From contig CAIMFR010000008.1 of the NCBI GenBank assembly GCA_903840375.1, positions 1 through 39,176 on the forward strand: a DNA stretch of 39,176 bases. Direction: 5' to 3'. Below are positions 1-5,012 of the stretch, one piece after another. The position numbers and the translations under genes were made by a program. How positions within the stretch are numbered: position 1 is the stretch's first letter; every line of letters starts with the position of its first letter. The notes under the pieces were generated by a model that was given only the letters and a program-made list of their open reading frames with translations, was not told the DNA's origin and made no database searches. The DNA comes from Candidatus Adlerbacteria bacterium (lineage in GTDB: Bacteria > Patescibacteriota > Minisyncoccia > Phycocordibacterales > SBAW01).

Positions 1-2
1 CA

Positions 3-221
3 TTTGGCGATGTGCATATTTATGGCAATCACAAGGAGCAGGCGGAGGAGCAGCTCTCGCGCGAGCCGAAGGCGTTTCCAACCATTTCCTTCACGCAGCC
101 GTTTAATTCTCTCGACACGTTCAAGCCGGAGTTTGTACAGCTCAACAACTACGATCCGCATCCGCCGATAAAAGCCGAGCTTACCGTAATCGGCGGATAT
201 AATAAAAAGCTGCACGGATAA
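3..221 (+). CDS. thyA: thymidylate synthase, C-terminal fragment (5' end lies outside the window)
   Basis: The translation FGDVHIYGNHKEQAEEQLSREPKAFP...YDPHPPIKAELTV matches the conserved ThyA C-terminus (DxHxYxNH, QLxREP, HPxIKA). Stop TAA at 219-221. Confidence 0.85.
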   Translation, partial: FGDVHIYGNHKEQAEEQLSREPKAFPTISFTQPFNSLDTFKPEFVQLNNYDPHPPIKAELTVIGGYNKKLHG

Positions 222-286
222 TTTATTTTACTTTTATGATCTAAGTTGCGCACAATTTTCCTTTATTTGCCTTAACGATTTTTACC

Positions 287-1624
287 ATGCAAAAGTACGA
301 CCACATTCAGAAAGAGGACAAGAAAATATACGACTTAATTCTCGCGGAGAAGAAGCGCCAGGAAGACGGGTTGGAATTGATACCGTCGGAAAATTACACA
401 TCGCAGGCAGTGATGGAGGCGATGGGCAGTATTCTCACAAACAAATATTCTGAAGGGTACGCAGGCAAGCGATACTACGGCGGCAACGAGTTTGTCGACC
501 AAGTAGAATTGTTGGCGATCGAGCGCACGAAAAAACTTTTCGGCGTGGCACATGCGAATGTTCAGCCATACTCCGGCAGCCCGGCCAACCTCGCGGTGTA
601 TCTCGCGACATGCAACCCGGGCGACACGGTGATGGGATTAAATTTGCCCGACGGTGGACATCTGACGCATGGGTGGAAATATTCTGCGACGGCGACGTTC
701 TACAAAAGCGTGCCTTATCATGTAAAGGAAGACGGACGCATCGACATGGACGAAGTGTGGGCGCTCGCGAAGGAGCATAAGCCGAAACTTATCTGGGCCG
801 GAGCGACGGCATATCCGTTTATGTACGAATACGACAAATTTGCGGAAGTTGCCGACAGCGTCGGTGCATATTTGGCGGCGGATATCGCGCATGTCGCGGG
901 GCTCATAGTCGCGGGTGCACATCCGAATCCTGCGCCATATGCGCACATCATTACCACCACGACGCACAAAACTTTGCGCGGGCCGCGCGGTGGAATAATC
1001 ATGGTTACTGATAAAGGTCTTGCGAAAGATGTCGACCTGTCGAAGAAAATAGACAAGGCAATAATTCCCGGGTTGCAGGGCGGACCGCATGATCATCAGA
1101 CAGCGGCCATCGCAATCGCGCTCAAGGAAGCTAGCACTGCGCAGTTTCGTTCCTACGGCAAACAGATCGTGAAAAATGCAAAAGCGCTCGCCGACAGTCT
1201 CAAGCGACACGGATTGAAACTGGTAGCAGACGGCACGGAAAATCATCTCATGCTTATCGACCTCGTGCCGACGCTCGGCGCAGGTGGTGGTATCCTCGGG
1301 AGCGAGGTGCTCGAAGTTGCCGGCATGACGGTGAATAAAAATACGATCCCGAAAGATCCGAGCACCGCGCTCTTCCCGAGCGGACTGCGTTTAGGTACTC
1401 CGGCACTTACCACGCGTGGCATGAAGGAAAAAGAGATGAAGCAGGTGGGTAAGTGGATAGCAGAAGCGTTAGCAGAAACAGAACCGTACCGCTTGCCGAC
1501 CGATATGAAGGAGCGAAGCATTTACCTCGAAAACTTCAAAAAAGAAATAGCGAAAAACAAAAACCTCCAAAAAATCCGCAAAGAAATAAAAACATTCTGC
1601 AAAAAGTATCCATTGCCGAGGTAG
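287..1624 (+). CDS. glyA: serine hydroxymethyltransferase
   Basis: 445-aa ORF with SHMT hallmarks: LELIPSENYTS, YSEGYAGKRYYGG, TTTTHKTLRGPRGG (PLP-lysine motif), LQGGPH. It follows thyA, the usual folate pairing. Confidence 0.95.
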   Translation: MQKYDHIQKEDKKIYDLILAEKKRQEDGLELIPSENYTSQAVMEAMGSILTNKYSEGYAGKRYYGGNEFVDQVELLAIERTKKLFGVAHANVQPYSGSPANLAVYLATCNPGDTVMGLNLPDGGHLTHGWKYSATATFYKSVPYHVKEDGRIDMDEVWALAKEHKPKLIWAGATAYPFMYEYDKFAEVADSVGAYLAADIAHVAGLIVAGAHPNPAPYAHIITTTTHKTLRGPRGGIIMVTDKGLAKDVDLSKKIDKAIIPGLQGGPHDHQTAAIAIALKEASTAQFRSYGKQIVKNAKALADSLKRHGLKLVADGTENHLMLIDLVPTLGAGGGILGSEVLEVAGMTVNKNTIPKDPSTALFPSGLRLGTPALTTRGMKEKEMKQVGKWIAEALAETEPYRLPTDMKERSIYLENFKKEIAKNKNLQKIRKEIKTFCKKYPLPR

Positions 1625-1666
1625 TTGCTATAATCACGGGCTGTTGTATAAAAAAGCATCTAACCG

Positions 1667-2788
1667 ATGTACAATTTATGCATGTCTATGATAAAAGAAC
1701 TAATCTCTAATTTCTGGCAGAAATATGAGCGGCCTTTATTACTCGTCGCGGCTATTGGCGGCTTTATTTTTGACCTATTTCTCGCAAAACGGCCGGACAG
1801 TATTGCAGACAATATTCTGCTCGTGTCGTATCTCTTCATCGTCGGAGCGCTCATTGTTCTGCTCAACATTCATGAAAAGAATGTGACTGCGGAGGGTGGT
1901 GCGATGATCGCCCCGATGTGGACGCTTCTCATCATGCAGTTCTGTTTCGGCGGTCTGGCGAACAATCTTCTCATTCTCTACGGCAAAAGCGGAACGCTCG
2001 GCGGCGACTTGGTATTCATCGGATTCCTTGCGGCATTCGCATTGGGGAATGAATATCTGAAAACTAAATACGGGCAGTTGCGGTTTAACGTTGCGGTCTA
2101 TTATTTCCTATTGCTGACATATCTAGTCATGGCGGTGCCGACGTTTGTCATGCATACGATAGGCACGCAAGTGTTTCTGATAAGTGGTGCGGCGAGCCTA
2201 GTTTTTATCGCGCTTTTTCTGCGTATGCTTTATCGAGTGGTTTTGCGTGGGCAGCCAGGCGCTCACAGAAAATTATATGAAGTGTCCGGAATCGTGCTCC
2301 TCATCTTCGCACTGTTCAACGTGCTCTACTTCACCAACATAATTCCGCCGGTTCCGCTCTCACTGAAATCCATCGGGATCTATCATACAGTCACGCGCAC
2401 CGCGGATGGAAATTATTCTGCCACACTTGAGCCGTCTCCGTGGTATATCTTCTGGCGCGATACGAGCGCCACGTACACCTGGGCTACGGGCGAGAGTGCG
2501 ACGTGCTTCAGCGCCGTGTTCGCACCTGCGGAGCTTTTCACTCCGATATATCAGCGATGGGAATATTTCTATCCGACGACCGGTGATTGGATAACCGTCG
2601 CGCATGTGCAATTCCCGATAAGCGGTGGTCGCGCGCAAGGGTATCGCGGCTTCACGACGAAGACAAAATTGGAAGCCGGCCAGTGGCGCTGCGATGTGGA
2701 AACGGCAAGCGGGCAGCTCATCGGCAGAATATCATTCGATGTGGTGGAGAGCAGCTCCACGCCCACGTTGTCCAGCGTGACACTGTAA
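1667..2788 (+). CDS. polytopic membrane protein with a C-terminal soluble domain (DUF2914-like, recalled from memory)
   Basis: 373-aa ORF with about 7 hydrophobic helices. The C-terminal domain reads ...YQRWEY...ISGGRAQGYRGFTTKTKLEAGQWRCDVETASGQLIGRISFDV. The start is ambiguous (ATG at 1667, 1682 or 1688). Confidence 0.75.
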   Translation: MYNLCMSMIKELISNFWQKYERPLLLVAAIGGFIFDLFLAKRPDSIADNILLVSYLFIVGALIVLLNIHEKNVTAEGGAMIAPMWTLLIMQFCFGGLANNLLILYGKSGTLGGDLVFIGFLAAFALGNEYLKTKYGQLRFNVAVYYFLLLTYLVMAVPTFVMHTIGTQVFLISGAASLVFIALFLRMLYRVVLRGQPGAHRKLYEVSGIVLLIFALFNVLYFTNIIPPVPLSLKSIGIYHTVTRTADGNYSATLEPSPWYIFWRDTSATYTWATGESATCFSAVFAPAELFTPIYQRWEYFYPTTGDWITVAHVQFPISGGRAQGYRGFTTKTKLEAGQWRCDVETASGQLIGRISFDVVESSSTPTLSSVTL

Positions 2789-2828
2789 GTCGCTTTTTCT
2801 GCGTCGCTCTTTCTGTTACTGTGTGTAT

Positions 2829-4712
2829 ATGATCCGAGATGATATTGAACAGGCGGTTAAGAAGGCGCTCGAGAGTTTTGGTGTTGGCGACACTTCATTT
2901 GTCGTGGAGCGACCGGGGGACATGGCTCACGGGGATTATTCCACGAACGCGGCTTTGATCGCCGGAAAGATGCTGAAGAAAAATCCTCGCGAGGTGGCGG
3001 AGGAGTTGGCAAAGATTCTGCGTTTGCAAATGGTCTGGCCTAGCCTTGCCGACCGGGCGATTGCCGGCGAGCTGGGAGAACCGAGGACCTTTGCAAATGC
3101 AGAATCTTTGCCAGCCTTGTCATTCATTGAAAAAACAGAAGTTGCCGGCGCTGGGTTCATCAATTTTACGCTTTCGCACGAGGCACGAGTCGCGGAAGTT
3201 TCGCGCGCTGCGACCGACGACGCTTGGGGTAAAAATAATTTATATGACGGGAAAAAGGTGATGGTCGAATATACTGACCCGAATCCTTTCAAGGCTTTTC
3301 ATATCGGACACTTGATGAGCAATGCCATCGGCGAGTCCATCGCTCGCGTGTTAGAGGTATCTGGTGCAAAAGTTGTGAGTGCGTGCTGGCAGGGTGACGT
3401 CGGGCTGCATGTGGCGAAAGCTCTGTGGGGAATACAGCGCGATGTCGCACATCTTCCGCAAGAGAGCAATTCACTCGAGGTAAAGTCTGCATTTCTCGGC
3501 GGAGCGTATGTTGCCGGCGCAACGGCGTATGACGACAATGCGGACGCGAAGGCGGAGATCGACGCGATAAATAAAAAAGTGTTCGACCGCTCCGACGCCG
3601 AGTTGAACGATTTGTATGCGAAGGGTCGTGCGTGGAGTTTGGAACATTTCGAGGAGATCTACAAAACACTTGGAACGCATTTCGACTATTATTTTTTTGA
3701 AGGTACCGAGGGCCGCGACGGCGAGAAGATCGTGCGCGAATTTTTGCAGAAAGGTGTGTTCGAAGAAAGCGACGGTGCGATAGTCTTTCCGGGAGAAAAG
3801 TACGGTTTGCACACTCGCGTGTTTATCACATCGCGCGGCTTGCCGACGTACGAAGCGAAAGAGCTTGGATTAAATAAGGCGAAGTTTGCCGCGGAGCCGG
3901 GCCTCGATGAGTCTATCATCGTCACTGCGAGCGAGCAGAATGATTATTTCACGGTCGCGCTCAAGGCGATGTCGATGATATTCCCGGACATTGCCCGCAA
4001 GACTAAACATGTATCGCACGGTATGATGCGTTTCGCTGCCGGAAAAATGTCGTCGCGCAGAGGTAATGTCATCACCGGCGAATCGCTACTTGCAGACTTG
4101 GCAGATGCCGCAAAAGAAAAAATGAAGGATAGGAAGTTGGCGGATGCGGATGGTGTTGCGCAGGCGATAGCGGTCGGAGCTATCAAATATGCCGTGCTCA
4201 AACAGGGGAGCGGCAAGGATATTATTTTCGATTCACAGAAAGCATTGTCGCTCGAGGGCGACTCCGGGCCATATCTACAGTATGCACACGTGCGTGCATT
4301 GTCTCTGATAAAAATGGCGAAAGATGCTGGGATCGAGACAGACACCTCCGAGCAGTCGGTATCTGCCGAAAAATGTGCGCTCCGGGCCGCTAGGCCAAGT
4401 CCTACCCATTTTTCAACAGGTACCGACTACTCGGAGGAAGATCCCTCTGTTTCTGCCGCCGCTCGCCACATCCTCGAACGCACCCTCCTTCATTTCCCGG
4501 AAATACTCGAACGCGCCGCTAAAGAACTCGAACCGCACCATATAACTACATATCTCACTGAACTCGCGTCAGCATTTAATGCATGGTACGCGGCAGAGCG
4601 AATTATTGGTGGCGAACATCCGCAATACGGACTTCTCTTGGCAGAAGCGGTGGAAAAAACTTTACTGCAAGGTTTAAACACTCTTGGTATTCCGGTCCCG
4701 GAGGAAATGTAG
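2829..4712 (+). CDS. argS: arginyl-tRNA synthetase, carrying two in-frame foldback insertions
   Basis: N-terminal Add-1-like region (HGDYSTNAAL, AGAGFINF), class I signature FHIGHLMS, MSSRRGN, and C-terminal anticodon-binding region (GPYLQYAHVR, EPHHITTYL). I prefer ATG 2829 (MIRDD...) over GTG 2823. Confidence 0.93.
   Translation: MIRDDIEQAVKKALESFGVGDTSFVVERPGDMAHGDYSTNAALIAGKMLKKNPREVAEELAKILRLQMVWPSLADRAIAGELGEPRTFANAESLPALSFIEKTEVAGAGFINFTLSHEARVAEVSRAATDDAWGKNNLYDGKKVMVEYTDPNPFKAFHIGHLMSNAIGESIARVLEVSGAKVVSACWQGDVGLHVAKALWGIQRDVAHLPQESNSLEVKSAFLGGAYVAGATAYDDNADAKAEIDAINKKVFDRSDAELNDLYAKGRAWSLEHFEEIYKTLGTHFDYYFFEGTEGRDGEKIVREFLQKGVFEESDGAIVFPGEKYGLHTRVFITSRGLPTYEAKELGLNKAKFAAEPGLDESIIVTASEQNDYFTVALKAMSMIFPDIARKTKHVSHGMMRFAAGKMSSRRGNVITGESLLADLADAAKEKMKDRKLADADGVAQAIAVGAIKYAVLKQGSGKDIIFDSQKALSLEGDSGPYLQYAHVRALSLIKMAKDAGIETDTSEQSVSAEKCALRAARPSPTHFSTGTDYSEEDPSVSAAARHILERTLLHFPEILERAAKELEPHHITTYLTELASAFNAWYAAERIIGGEHPQYGLLLAEAVEKTLLQGLNTLGIPVPEEM
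3005..3115 (+). repeat. in-frame foldback element A inside argS (111 nt = 37 codons)
   Basis: The 26-nt arms 3005-3030 and 3090-3115 are complementary at 24 of 26 positions, and both mismatches would be G-U pairs in sense RNA. The core 3031-3089 contains TGGTCTGGC, GCCGACCG and GAGAACCGAGGACC, all identical to element B. An inner hairpin spans 3040-3075. Confidence 0.8.
4345..4437. repeat. in-frame foldback element C inside argS (93 nt = 31 codons)
   Basis: The arms 4345-4375 and 4407-4437 are complementary except for 4 positions: one T-G at 4362/4420 and three C-A at 4353/4429, 4366/4416 and 4367/4415. The central 31 nt contain GGCC-GCTA-GGCC. The reverse complement shares TGGCCTAGC with element A. 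Confidence 0.7.
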
Positions 4713-4717
4713 ACGTA

Positions 4718-4746
4718 TTGACAAAAAATGTATTTCGTTTAATGTA
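4718..4746 (+). promoter_or_regulatory. candidate sigma70-type promoter for the small ORF / ileS leader
   Basis: TTGACA at 4718-4723, then a 16-nt spacer, then a weak -10 TAATGT at 4740-4745. Confidence 0.3.
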
Positions 4747-4780
4747 TTCCTGAACGTACAACATACATCAGGAGGTTTTC

Positions 4781-4945
4781 ATGTTTCGTAGGCAGACCGT
4801 TTTCCACAGCATGCACGACGGCAGGGTTGCGGTGAAAAGTATTTCTCTCCAAGTGCAGGCGCGCGATGGAGAGGTCGTGGAAGTTATCGAGGTCCGTGCG
4901 CATATCTCTATGGAGAACACAACTAATCAAATTGCCCGCAGGTAG
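4781..4945 (+). CDS. small hypothetical protein (54 aa), or a leader ORF upstream of ileS
   Basis: GGAGG at 4771-4775 lies 5 nt before ATG 4781. Translation: MFRRQTVFHSMHDGRVAVKSISLQVQARDGEVVEVIEVRAHISMENTTNQIARR. The stop TAG 4943-4945 lies inside the terminator stem. The ORF is under 60 aa, so it is absent from the supplied track. Confidence 0.5.
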   Translation: MFRRQTVFHSMHDGRVAVKSISLQVQARDGEVVEVIEVRAHISMENTTNQIARR

Positions 4946-4973
4946 GTCTTAGGACCACCTGCGGTATTTTTTT
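4936..4973 (+). terminator. intrinsic terminator (or attenuator) 39 nt upstream of the ileS start
   Basis: A 12-bp stem CCGCAGGT(A)GGTC / GACCACCTGCGG with loop TTAG, followed by TATTTTTTT. Confidence 0.8.
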
Positions 4974-5012
4974 ATATGGCAGCGAGCCGGATTTGTGGTA
5001 CATTCTTCATAT

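Noticed and set aside
3031-3089. Foldback cores as spliced RNA introns (bulge-helix-bulge-like geometry around GGUC/GACC)
   Set aside because: The bulges are 1 nt and 2 nt, not the canonical 3-4-3 BHB. Excision between them would remove 54 nt in element A but 49 nt in element B, which would break the ileS frame. The full elements (111, 90 and 93 nt) are all multiples of 3, which favours read-through translation.
4739-4930. A 63-aa minus-strand ORF in the argS-ileS spacer
   Set aside because: The plus-strand 54-codon ORF in the same place has a strong SD, an ATG start and a terminator directly after its stop. The minus-strand ORF has none of these.
4941-4956. GGTC...GACC inside the ileS-upstream terminator as another copy of the foldback core
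   Set aside because: Only the 4-nt GGTC/GACC pairing is shared. The rest is an ordinary terminator hairpin followed by a U-tract.
4713-4994. A T-box riboswitch controlling ileS
   Set aside because: The position (aaRS leader ending in a terminator) is suggestive, and a GGTGAAA at 4831-4837 resembles a Stem I distal-loop motif. However, I could not find the conserved T-box sequence (AGGGUGGNACCGCG-like) able to pair with the 5' arm of the terminator, and the region is instead an SD-led ORF. An Rfam scan would settle it.
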